Shown here: piece by piece, positions 22,401 to 33,170 of the stretch
Layout: every line of letters starts with the position of its first letter
Position numbering within the stretch: position 1 is the stretch's first letter
NCBI GenBank assembly: GCA_964187785.1
Contig: OZ076409.1
Location: 63,800,001-63,864,000, forward strand
Length of the DNA stretch: 64,000 nt
Reading direction: 5' to 3'
DNA from: Amphiscolops sp. MND2022
Taxonomy: Eukaryota
Made by a program: the position numbers and the translations under genes
The notes under the pieces: generated by a model
What the model saw: the letters and a program-made list of their open reading frames with translations, nothing else
Told to the model about the DNA's origin: nothing
Database searches by the model: none

Positions 22401-24420
22401 CTGTTTTAAAACAGGCCAATAAGAAACGTTTTAAAACATCAATAAAAACGTTATAAAACATTTTTGTTTTTATATTTTTGTCCATTCGTTTAGGTGCCAA
22501 TTATTGGGAACCATCTTGCAATGGAAATTAAATGTGATATGAAATTCATGCAGATAAAATACTCTGAAATATACTGAAATTCAGATAATACTCAAAAACG
22601 ATTTCCTTTTTTTAGCGTGAAAAAGCTGGAAAACTGGCTTTTTTTGTATCGCCAATACAACAAAAAATCTAAAACATTTGTGTTGTGATTTGTTCAATTG
22701 AATTGAGCTCTTGAAACAAATTCGTTTTTTGCTCGACGGATAAATACAAAAAAAACATAAAAAACATGTTTTATACTATAAAAAACTGTTTGATAAATAT
22801 GATAAAAAAACTTTTTTCCCCACCCTGGTTACGACAAACCAATACTCATGTTTATCTTGAGCAGTCCTTTATGATCATCTTTACCCGCAAGTTGGTGTTT
22901 CATTGTATAAAGTAATCCTCTATTTGCTGAAGTTTATTCCAATTTATTAATATTTCTGCTTTAGCAGGAATGTTATTGTAACCTCAAAGTTGGTCCTTTT
23001 TTTTTCAGTCGTCAAATTTCGTCCTACTGAATAATTCAGATATTTTGTTCGGCAGTGAGTGTAAGCGTGGGAAAGCTGCCGACAACAATTCAATTCTAGT
23101 GCGATAGAACGAGCGAGTGGTAATTATCCATTCGTATGCTGACGTCATTGAGATGAAGCGAATGAGTGTTAATTATTCGTTCGTTGAGAGCTTCGCCTGC
23201 ATTCAAATGCGAATGCGAAACTTCGTCTACGCTTAGTTATATTTTCTTTAGTCCGAGAAGAATTAAAGGCGGTGTAAACTTGTACAGTGATTAATTGTGC
23301 TCTAAGTAATGATTAAACAGGAGTGTATTGGTATTCCAGATATGATTCTTTTATTAATGATTTTTTGTTTTAAAAAAAATAAAGATTAAAGCAGAAATAG
23401 TACTGAGCCCCGGAGGGGCCTATTTTTTTTATGAAACCGTTAATTACAGTGCAAGAAGGCTCTACATCTTGCAGTGTGATGAAACCACACCAAACCTCAT
23501 TTTTATTATTTCTACGATAGCAGGAATATTATTGAAACCTCAAGATTTCCACTTTTTTCAATAAAGTTTCTGTCGTGATACTGAAAAATTCAGATATCTT
23601 GTTCGGCAGTGAGTATAAGCGTGAGATTTAAATTTCTCAAGCTGCCGACTATTCGTTTCTCGTGCGATGGAACGAGCGAGTGGTATTTATGCTTTCGTAC
23701 GCCGAGTTATTGAGATGAAGCAAACGAGTGTTAATTATTCGTACGCCGAGTTCATGAAATGAAGCGAATGAGTGTTAATTATTCGTTCACCGAGAGCTTC
23801 GCCTGCATTCAAATGCGGAAGTGAAAATTCGTCTACGCTTAGTAGTTATATTTGCTTTAGTCCGAAGTTTAATGCCGATATAAACTGGTACAGTGATTAA
23901 TTTTGCGCTAAATAGTGATTAAACAGGAGTGTATTGGTATTCCAGATATGATTCTATCATTGAAAATGAAATTAAAGCAGAAATAATACTGAACCCCGGA
24001 GGGGGCTATTTTTAGAAGCTGACACCCTCATTAAATAATGCGCTATCACTGAATGATTACAAATTTAGTTTCGCTGCGCGAGATCCTTTATCTGATGAGA
24101 GATTCAACTGAGAGAAAAAAGCAGAAATGAAATAATCCTATCAGAAATGTCTAATCAATTGCTTTTTTTTGCAGGTTGAAGTAAAGCCATACGTATTGGA
24201 TGACCAGATGTGTGATGAGTGCCATGGAAACAGATGCAATGGAAAGTACGCGCCCTATTTCTGCGCCAACGTAATGTGTCTCCAGTACTACTGTGACCAG
24301 TGCTGGAATCTGATCCACTCACGCCAAGGGAGAGAGTACCACAAACCTTTGGTGAAAGAGGGCGGCGACAGGAATAGAGGATACCCTTCTAACACGCAGC
24401 CTCCCACCAGATGGGGTTAG
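15728..24420 (+). CDS. CPEB2 (orb2): Cytoplasmic polyadenylation element-binding protein, CPEB2/3/4 (Orb2) subfamily; 9 coding exons, about 600 aa
   Basis: Exons 15728-16456, 16524-16623, 16695-16718 (microexon), 16921-17118, 17215-17304, 17377-17495, 17566-17680, 17745-17926, 24175-24420. All introns are GT..AG with compatible phases; total 1803 nt. Motifs [98 protein letters not shown] and ZZ finger CDEC..C..CANVMCLQYYCDQCWNLIHS are diagnostic of CPEB2-4/Orb2. Confidence 0.96.
16524..16623 (+). CDS. CPEB coding exon 2
   Basis: Acceptor ttttcccag, donor C|GTAAGT. Encodes [33 protein letters not shown], with the conserved LESSLxDIMR motif. Confidence 0.9.
16695..16718 (+). CDS. CPEB 24-nt microexon (candidate alternative exon), encodes (P)RPMSKRR(G)
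   Basis: Acceptor gtttttgcag, donor AG|GTTATG, 24 nt, phase 1-1 and frame-preserving. Arg-rich, and lies between the DIMR exon and the RRM1-proximal exon. Confidence 0.72.
16921..17118 (+). CDS. CPEB coding exon 4 (start of RRM1)
   Basis: Acceptor catag at 16920. Encodes RNPFFAQVED...[18 protein letters not shown]. Donor G|GTTAAT. Confidence 0.9.
17215..17304 (+). CDS. CPEB coding exon 5 (RRM1)
   Basis: [30 protein letters not shown]; ttacag acceptor, GTATGC donor. Confidence 0.95.
17377..17495 (+). CDS. CPEB coding exon 6 (RRM1)
   Basis: GYAFLLFQEEASVQALIDQSMKDDGKLYICVSSPTIKDKA; aacag acceptor, GTTAGA donor. Confidence 0.95.
17566..17680 (+). CDS. CPEB coding exon 7 (RRM1/RRM2 linker)
   Basis: [38 protein letters not shown]; ttccag acceptor, GTAAGC donor. 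Confidence 0.95.
17745..17926 (+). CDS. CPEB coding exon 8 (RRM2)
   Basis: [60 protein letters not shown]; ttgcag acceptor, GTTTGT donor. Confidence 0.95.
18135..19771 (+). mobile_element. 5'-truncated CRE-like non-LTR retrotransposon (RT C-terminus, zinc knuckle, restriction-like endonuclease) in the last CPEB intron
   Basis: GPAFGYFPEPTKSYLIV, RYLGSFIG, LPVRNAGLGI, CDGC....SIQHALACKKEG..TLRHNEIRD, ADLLIRGVW..FDVRVTD. A8 tail at 19764-19771. TSD TTCTTAACTTAA/TTCTTGACTTAA (18123-18134, 19772-19783). Stops and frameshifts present. Confidence 0.85.
20820..21254. mobile_element. hAT-type MITE (copy 1)
   Basis: CAGGGT..ACCCTG termini; 8-bp TSD TTTACGAC/GTTACGAC. Confidence 0.7.
22392..22827. 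mobile_element. hAT-type MITE (copy 2, made by segmental duplication)
   Basis: Same termini, TSD and flanks as 20820-21254. Confidence 0.7.
24175..24420 (+). CDS. CPEB last coding exon (ZZ zinc finger)
   Basis: Poly-T gcag acceptor. VEVKPYVLDDQMCDECHGNRCNGKYAPYFCANVMCLQYYCDQCWNLIHSRQGREYHKPLVKEG...; stop TAG. Confidence 0.96.
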   Translation, partial: VEVKPYVLDDQMCDECHGNRCNGKYAPYFCANVMCLQYYCDQCWNLIHSRQGREYHKPLVKEGGDRNRGYPSNTQPPTRWG

Positions 24421-25124
24421 GGCCACCGGACAGGTGCCAGGACAGACGTTGGGTTTCATCGGGATGACGCTATCTATGCATGGCATTTGGAAGAAACCAG
24501 TGTCTCTAAACGTGGTTTTTGGAAAATCATTCAATGATGCTTAATGTAACCCATGTCTGTTGTATTCGCAAATTGAGGCTTTGGAGACCCCAGATGACAA
24601 ACGCTCCTAATCGCCGCCGAATTCAAAATGCATGAATTAATACCGTAGAAAAGTATACAAATGATAATCTAGCGTTTAGAAACTCTATATTGTTGTATTG
24701 CGCACGTTAAATTTTAGTTGAGTTGAATGAATGTCAAATTGCATGTTAGGACAATAGCTAATCTCATATTTTTTCACACTTCGTTCTTACCGTTCTCTTT
24801 GTGCAGTAAAAGTGAGCTGTATATATTTTTGTTGAATGTATACAAACTTCTGCATTTATTCTTTTAATTGCATCATTATTATTACAACTGTCGTGTTTCT
24901 TCTCTTCAATCTTTCCCTCCCCTGTTGGCGGCTTCGGCAGCTGTTTGTGTACTCGTGGGTTTTGTGGAGTGTACATGTTTTTATTAACCTGTTTACTCCG
25001 CTGCTGTGCTCCTCATTTATATATGAGAACATTCGATCGTTTGCTCTTCTGAGTTTTTGGTGTGTATGCGTATACAGTACGACCTCCTACCTATACTTCT
25101 ATCACTGTTGAATATTTCATTAAC

Positions 25125-25149
25125 TTTTATCCTAATAAATATTATTAAA
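25125..25149 (+). promoter_or_regulatory. Putative CPEB poly(A) signal with adjacent CPE
   Basis: TTTTAT at 25125-25130, AATAAA at 25134-25139 and ATTAAA at 25144-25149, at the end of a T-rich stretch about 0.7 kb after the stop. Confidence 0.5.
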
Positions 25150-28100
25150 TTATTTATCAATGCATGCTGGGGCTACCATAGTAGTGATATAATCAAACGG
25201 CGAACTATTCAAACTCGTGGCGAACCATTCACTGAATACTAAGTTCACTCAGTACGTATACATCTTTCTCCTCTCTATACGTCTTTTCCATCTCATTGCG
25301 ACCGACGTTAACCTACCCTTTGACCTGACATGACGCAACCAATTGACCAGTTGACATTACTCACTCGACCTGACCTGAATTCGAACTTTTCCGAGACCCA
25401 AGTATCAAACTAAAACAAATGCAATGATAACGAATATCACCAGCAAAAACCTCATCACAATTGTTTTAAGACCATGTTTTTTAAAGTACATTGATGCTAC
25501 CCTGCAAAGCAATGTTTTCCAAGACTAACCAGTTGTTAGTTTCCTCGCATTTATTCAGTAGTGATTACACTAGTGTACCCAAGACTAGATAAAATATAAG
25601 AATATCTCGTTCCGCAACATTCTCACTTGCACCAAAAAGGATTGCATACTTTGAAAACTGGCTGTGCAATTATCGAATGAAAATTGAGGAAACGGGCGAA
25701 CTTTTATAATATCAGTTTTTGTGTTTCTGTATTTCTGTAATGGACTCCGTGCAATTTTCATTACTTAGATTTCTATTTTGACAGAAAGCAACCAATCAAT
25801 TTGTTACACTGAGATCTGTTCATCAAATCGCGTCACTAGCACGTTAGGATTCTCGAAAAATTCTATTCATATCATGAGACTTACATGATTGAAATTTGAC
25901 CGATGAATGATTTTTATGTGCGAGTGATGCAAATTAAATTATTTGACCTGTGTGCCAGCTGAGCCTGCAAGCGCCAAGATGCCATGAAGTTTTCATACCA
26001 GAAGTTGTTCATAAGGCTATATTTTGGTTTTGTCTCAAATTTTCTACGGAAACAATTTGCTGTTTTATAAAACCATTCATCTTACATCACACGCTTGAGA
26101 AGTTTGTGCAGTTCCATTTCTACGCAATTTGTGCTATTTTCACAAATAAATTTGGAAAACAAGAAAAATTTGTCAACAGAGTTGTTTATTTTCATACTTT
26201 GTTGTTGGTAAAATGTTTTGGTCGTCCTGTCCTGTTGCAGCTCAGCTTTTTTGATCATTTTCGACTCGACACAAAGAGGGACGAAGACTGAAGGCGCGAC
26301 AACTCCTGGCCATTTTGACTACTACCTTTTTCATGGATAATGCAGATAACTCAACAAACAAACAAATCTCCTGCTCCAAACACCCAAATCGGTGCTCTTT
26401 TGTAAAAGAGTTTTCACTTCACACTTGAATAGTAGTTGTTGCATTCTTACTCAGGTAAAGTGTATATGACTCGTAAAAGCTATCCACCCCTCGCAGAAAC
26501 AACCTATTTTTTGATCCAATTTTGCCCAAAACATGATGGGAATCCTGCAAATGATGACGGTTTTTATGAGTCACCATAGAAGAAATAGAACTTTGAACTT
26601 CGCCGTTTTCATAATATTAGCTTATATATTTGTATATGAAGATTCTTTATGAGAAATCGAACCCTATTTATTCAATTTCAATGTCTAAATGCAGAGAATG
26701 TGACGAAACAACTGAATAGTATGTGCTGTCGTCGCCATTCTAACCTTCGTTAGTTGACTGTTTTGTCTCAAATTGGTCTGTGGATTCTTTCAAATGTTTG
26801 AAACACCTGAATTATTTCAAAGATTTATACAAACATTCATGATCAGGGTGAGCCGCCTTGTTCATGATGGGAATCTTTGCTTAAACAATTGAATGCCACG
26901 CATTTCAAACATTTATCACTCGTTTCTGTCGTGAGAATTGATCTTGATTCTTGTTTAGTTTATTCATTTATTCATAAAATGCGAAAATATCAATTTTGGT
27001 TAGTGTTTGTTCAGTGAAAAATTGTAGAGGGAATTCCAAGTAACGACCACTTCACCCGTGTATTAATGCTATATCACTAATAGTAGACGTGTTCTAACTT
27101 CATTTTTTTATTCATCGAAAATAGTTCAGTCTTGAGAGCCCAAGTCATAGTGCTTCAAATAGCTGATGCCGTTGAGGTCAGGACAATCAAATTGAACCTT
27201 GAGTACTCACATTATGTAGCTGGTCCGAAATCAAACCAATTTGATCTAGTTTAATGTTAGCATATACTTAGCAGAGTTTCATTTGTAAATGTTGATCAAT
27301 TACACAAACATCTCCGACCGAGTCTACTTCAAAAGGCAACAATTCTAACTAGTTTGGAGACAATGAGTACTACAGGTGGAAAGTAAATATTCACAGCAAA
27401 AGCATGCATTATTCAGTACAATTTGCGATCCTGACTTGTTTTGAAGCCTCTATAATGAGATGTTGGGTCCTTTTCATCTTGTCTTCGAAGTTATTTCAAA
27501 AAATAGCTGAAGTAAAAGCAACAGTTGGTCCAGCTGTAAAGGATGCAAAAATTAACTCAATGAATTTTTTGGAATAATTTGCCAAAAAGCTTAGCCCACA
27601 TTTCCATACAAGAAAAAAATTTTTCAGAATTTTCCGCGCAGGAAAGCTGTGTTTTCCCTGACAATAGCCAGTTTCCATTTTTATGCTCGAATTATTGAGA
27701 TTCTTTCACAAATGTCAACTGCCAGTAGAGTTGGTTCGTAGCGTAAGTCTGACCAGATATTTTTTTGGAAAACATGGCAAACCAAAATGACCTCTAGAAA
27801 TGACATCCAAATGCCCCGCCTATCCAAAAAGTGACACTTGGCATCTTTTATGGACTTTTGAAAAATTTCAATGATTTTAAAGAAAGTTCACATAGTTCCA
27901 CGATGTAACATTAAATTGTTCAACATGCTATTTAGCGAAGAAACCTGATGTTTCTTGTTCAAAAATGCTAAGACGCACCCTTAACGTTTTTAATTTTGTT
28001 AGGCAGTTTTTGTATAATTTCTGCTTGTTTCGTAATTGTAAGCATCTACCGGATTCAAAAACAAGAAATTCACTCAAGTAGAAAACGTTTCAAGAGAGAA

Positions 28101-30999
28101 ATTCAAAGTTATTATTGAACAAAATAAAACCATTTGAGGTCGGCGTCCACTTGAAGCTCAGAAAGGTTTTCAGAAAATTTTCAAACTTTCCGAGAGGCGA
28201 AAAACTTCCGATGGTCCAATTGCGGCCTCGACGGACGCTTTCTCAATGATTTCTCAAAGTATCAAGAATGCCCCAATCGATGAAAGCTTTCAAAATTTTG
28301 AGAAAGAAATAATGCAAAAAACAAATGAGCTCCTTTAGGCTTAAAAAAGTCCTTTTGGGGAACCCTTCAGTGAAAAAATTTACCAAAAAGTCGCTTTGTG
28401 TCGCAAAAACCTCTAGGATGAGATATCAAGGGGTCTGTGAATAAATATATTTAATTCAGGCATCGGACCGACGGACATCTGCTTAGACAGCGCGCATTCA
28501 AACTTCTTGCGGTCTGATCAATTGGTTGAAATGTAGATGTTACGCATGCATTTTATGGTTCAGCGAAAACCAAACTAGTCACTGTAAGGTCACTAACAGG
28601 AAACATGTTTGACGGAGAAAAGAAAAAATAAAAAGTGCAATTGCGAGCAGTCAGATCATTGTGACCAGCAAGTCTTTTCAACAAAACAGTTAGCAGCTTA
28701 GCATACTCTTGTTTAGAAAAGTAAGGAACTCGCTCAAAAAAGGATACGGTGAACTCAAAATTGTCTATTCTCGAACTTTCTGCAAGTTCGTAGTATATTA
28801 TCTCTGCTGGAGCCTCAAAAATATGTTGCTTGAATAGTTCGGGTTGGAACATTTCCCGCTTCTATGATCTCATGAAACTTTTACCGTCTCATAAAAGTTT
28901 ATCCGCATTCAGCCATTTTGTTCCATCCACCAAAACAAAAAACAGCTCGTACGAATTGTCTTGCTTGATCTTTAACCTATATTTCATAGATCGATAGCTA
29001 CTCGAGCAGTAAATTGCTGACTTCTAGCAAACATTAAAATGCAGTGGTTAGATTTTTGTTTTCTATGGATAAAGTTTCATTTGTGCTTTTTTGAACTTCC
29101 GTAAATAGCTGCTGGCTGATTAGGTTGGTATACTGGTGTTTTATTTTCGTTACAACGTTCATATTTTGCTTATTATGCGGAATCGCTTTCGAATGTGAAA
29201 AAGTATTTATAATGAAAAACTTTTTAGGCGTGAGCCTTAAGGGGCGAGTCGACATTCCTGAAAAAGTATCCCTTGCCCAGTAGGCGATTGACGATTAATA
29301 CCCTCCAAAGCGTCCAAAATGTTATGAAGATTGCATAAAACTAAAAAATTGAGTATGCATTTTCTGATCTTTTTGGGATTCTGAGGGTTTTTGAAAAATG
29401 AAGTATGGAGATTTGTATTCAAATGATGCTAACGAAGTAATTGCTTTGTCTTTGAACTCTGTGAATATTCATTTTCACTGAATAATTTGAAACTTGGTCA
29501 CAAACTGTGTAACACTGTCAAAATCAATTTGCTTGTTTCTTTATGGTTTTTTGAACAAGGCTAAAATGAAATTCAATGTTCAGCAAGAAAACTCATTCTA
29601 ATTTGCAAGTTGATCTTAGCCTATCCAACAGCCTAGCATCCGAACGAGCTTTTGTGAGCTTGGTCACAAATGAGTTTTTTGGTGTGTTTCTTCAATTTTC
29701 TTCAAACAGCCACATCGTTTTTTTTTCAGTAGAAAACAGCTACAATCTCATTTCTTTCTTCAGTATTAATCTAGAGCCGATAATAGTCATGGTGAAAGTT
29801 TCCGTACATGTGGTCACTAATGATGATGACGTCATTTTTTTCATTTTCTTAAGAATCGAAAAATCCTAGTTTTAGGCTGAGAATTGTATATATTTAAAAA
29901 ATCCTTTTCCACAACCATTTTCTGCCATAACTTCCATAGCTCCACTTTAATGCATATGATAGATTGGAGACCATTTGGCCTGGACGATAACGTGAGTTCC
30001 ACTGCGTGTGCCTGTATTGAAGGGTAATCTCAATTCTATCTTTGGATGATGTCTGACGACGGATCAAAAGATGATAGTTGACAAGAAATGTTTTAACTTT
30101 TACACATTTGGTTGGTTTTCTACCAAGACCATGTGGCAACTGATGTTCTGTATTTCCTGTCTTGATATATTTACGTTTGTCAACAACCGTTTGTTTTAAT
30201 TCAGTCAAAGTCAGTTCAAGAGTCTAGCTCTCTCACAACATGGGTTCGAATCGCGCAATAGACGTTTTTTATGCTTGCAAAGGTACAGGAAAGGCAGTGT
30301 CCTTTCTCTGAAGTTTTTCGCTTTTATGCAACTTTTTTTAAAATTGAAAAGAGTCCCTTCAATTTTTTAGCAGAAACGAAGCGCTTTTCGAACATAGAGG
30401 GTATCCTTATGGATTTTCGACACTTACAGAAAAAACTCTCGAAATCTTCAGTTCTTTGACAAACTGTCTGTTGTACAAACGGTTTTCTGAAATTTTGTTT
30501 TTTTTACAGGAAAACTTTTTTCGGAGTCCAAGTTGTGACCTCTTTGGTTATTTTTTGGACCTCTGGTACTGATAAGAGTTCTCTGAAAGATTATCAAAAA
30601 GACGATTTTTCGGCTAGAGGTTCGCTCTTTTGGTCTTTTTGTTGTTTGCATTCAATCAAACGCGTTATCTTGAGTCTAAAACGTCACATATTTTGGGTAA
30701 AATTGGAACTGTGAAGCTTTTTTCGAGGAAAAAATTTCGGAAAAAGACAATTTCCGGTTGTTTTGTGAAATGAACAGTTGAAGAAAAGTCTTTACTCTCA
30801 AAGGTCCCCCGGTAGAAATTGATAGTTTTCTCTTGCAACAGTATACGAACATATCACAGTGCCTCTTGTTTTTTTTTCAGTAGCTGATCCCATTATGCCA
30901 TTGTGCCTCTTGTTTTCTTCCACTGGCCGATCCCATTAATTCCCATTTGCTGTCCATGTACACTAGACGGAGCTCTACTTTATTATTCAGCTACAAACT

Positions 31000-31560
31000 T
31001 TTCAAATAAAGTCACACAGTGCTGAAAAATACCGTAGATCATTTCCACAATTATCCAGAAAACTTTCATCTGTTCCACAGGACCAAAAAACAATCAATGA
31101 GGTCACCGTTACGACTCCGAAAGATGTTTTCCTCTCAAAAAACTCCAAAAAAAACAAAATTCGGAAAACTTTTTCCTCAAAGTTTCTTGGAATCTGCGGT
31201 AAGTAGCATTGAACCAAAAAGTGTGTATGCATACAAAAATTGTTGTTGGAGCTGAAAATCAAAAGGGGGCACATCAATCGAAGAAGTTTTTGAAAAAAAG
31301 TTGCATAGTGCCGAAAGAATCCAAAATGGGTGACCTTTTCGTCTCCCTTCTACTTTTGCAAACATAAAAAATATTTGGTATAGTGCAAGACTCGAACCCA
31401 CGTTCTCTTGCTTCTCAGACCTCGACACACGGACAGGAAATCTGCGTTAACCACTAGGCCAAGTGGTGGCGAGAAGTGACTTAATTACTGAATGCTCATG
31501 AAAATCTGTCAGTTCGCTCGTCTTGAAAAAAAGACAAAAGTCAGTTATAGCGTGCTAGGC
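31000..31560 (-). mobile_element. HINE-family-like repeat with a tRNA-like Pol III A/B box segment
   Basis: On minus: TGGCCTAGTGGTT (31461-31449) and GGTTCGAGTC (31398-31389), followed by the family body ttcggcactatgcaactttttt. Boundaries approximate. Confidence 0.5.
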
Positions 31561-33170
31561 CAAATAGGAACGCTTTTATCCGAATATTCGCTTTCTCAGT
31601 AAAACTTACTTCTGATATAACGTCAAAATTCTGTTAGCGCGCAATAATTTTTAACACCTGCTTCCCCCTTAGTAAAACATAACGTCAAAATTCGGATATG
31701 GCGCGAATAATACTTTCAAACCTCCACTCCTCTTTAATGAAACGCTACTTACTTCGTATATAATGTCAAAAATTGGATAGGTGTGCTGGCCAGGCCAAAT
31801 GGTCTTTACCGTATATTTGCTTCATCTGTCCACTTTTACGGAGCATAGATGAAGTAACAATTCATTCTTCATCTATGCTCCGTAAAAATGGACGGATCAG
31901 AGCTACTGAAGAAAAAAAACTAATCACTGTTTTTCAACTAAAATGCATTCTAAAAATATACTTGTATTGTAGCCAATGTATTTTCCTTCTAAAATTATTA
32001 AAAAGCGTTTCTACTCTAAAGGGTTCCATGTTATACTTATACGGATTGGGATCCTGTTATATGATTCACCAAAACTTTCTCGATGATTGTCTCAGAACTT
32101 ATCTAAAAGGTTTGTTGTTTTTGAGCCTCAGATGACTTGGGCCGTTCTCAACTTGTTACTTGAAAAATTCCTAACTTTTCAGGACAGATACGTACACTCA
32201 CAATGTCTCCGCCCAGTCCCTTGAAAATTTGTTGTAAAGATTATCCAGATCGAAAAGTTTCCTAATACTTTGCCAGCGCATTGTTAGATTTACACTTAAG
32301 AAACAATATCATAGTTGATCAGTTAAATGATATATGTCCAAAGCAAGTTGGAACAACGTCCAAGATTATTTGTTGGAATTAAAGTCCAAAAGAGTCTTTC
32401 AAGCAATTAATCAGAAACGTTAAAACTTATTGAAAAATGTCTTGTATGACGGCCGGTCCTTTTATGTTGGCCTTTGCCAAAACCACCCACTAGACCGTAA
32501 TGGCACGTCGCTCCTCTTCGCTTCACTGCTGTGCTTAGGGCTTTATGATCACAATAGCCTTATTTGGACGACGTTATTTCTTGGCTGCAATTATTACAAA
32601 CAAACATGCAATCCGAAATGTCTGTTGTCTCCGTGAAACGAATCCTCCCTCTATTTAGGAATATACAGCAACTCCTTACATTTCCAGCGACAATTTGCTG
32701 ACGAGTTTTGAGAAGAAGAAAAAGTTTTAGTGTTTCAATTCGAAAGCTATGACTTTTGAAAGCTGTTGTTCAAACATGGGATGTTTCCAAAACGAAATTA
32801 ACATCAAGGTTTATTTCGGTTCAACTCATTTGCTGCACACTCGAAACAACATTGTGATGGATTATACTATACCAAGGTTAATTAGTCAACCAACCCAAAA
32901 ATCCTAAAATTTCAAACAAATGTATTTCTAGCTCTTGTACTCCTTTCAAATATTATTCCCAGAAAACTGATCAAACTTGAAACAAATTAAAAGTGAAAAT
33001 ATCCAGTCGTTGAATTTTTTTGGCATTTACGCAGCATTTGTCCCGTTGAAACCTTTAGTGTTGAATTAGGTACGTAGTTACAATTTACTTGTGCAAGGAA
33101 ATATATTAGGGATAACTTGTCCCAATAATGTGAAATATATAAGTGGCCTAATGCACTGTCCAAACACTCA

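Larger units (their letters stand above)
20168..23798. repeat. Complex A-B-A'-C-B' duplication in the CPEB intron
   Basis: A 20168-21375 matches A' 21744-22948, and B 21374-21746 matches B' 23426-23798, near-identically. C 22949-23425 is an older diverged copy of about 23515-24010. Confidence 0.88.

Noticed and set aside
16457..24174. HDV-like ribozyme as in the mammalian CPEB3 intron
   Set aside because: No such fold was recognisable by eye; a covariance-model search would be needed.
31380..31470. Possible tRNA gene
   Set aside because: A and B boxes are present but there is no convincing cloverleaf, and it is embedded in a dispersed repeat.
25250..33000. Short ORFs in the intergenic region
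   Set aside because: AT-rich or repeat-derived, with no domains and no consistent splice structure.
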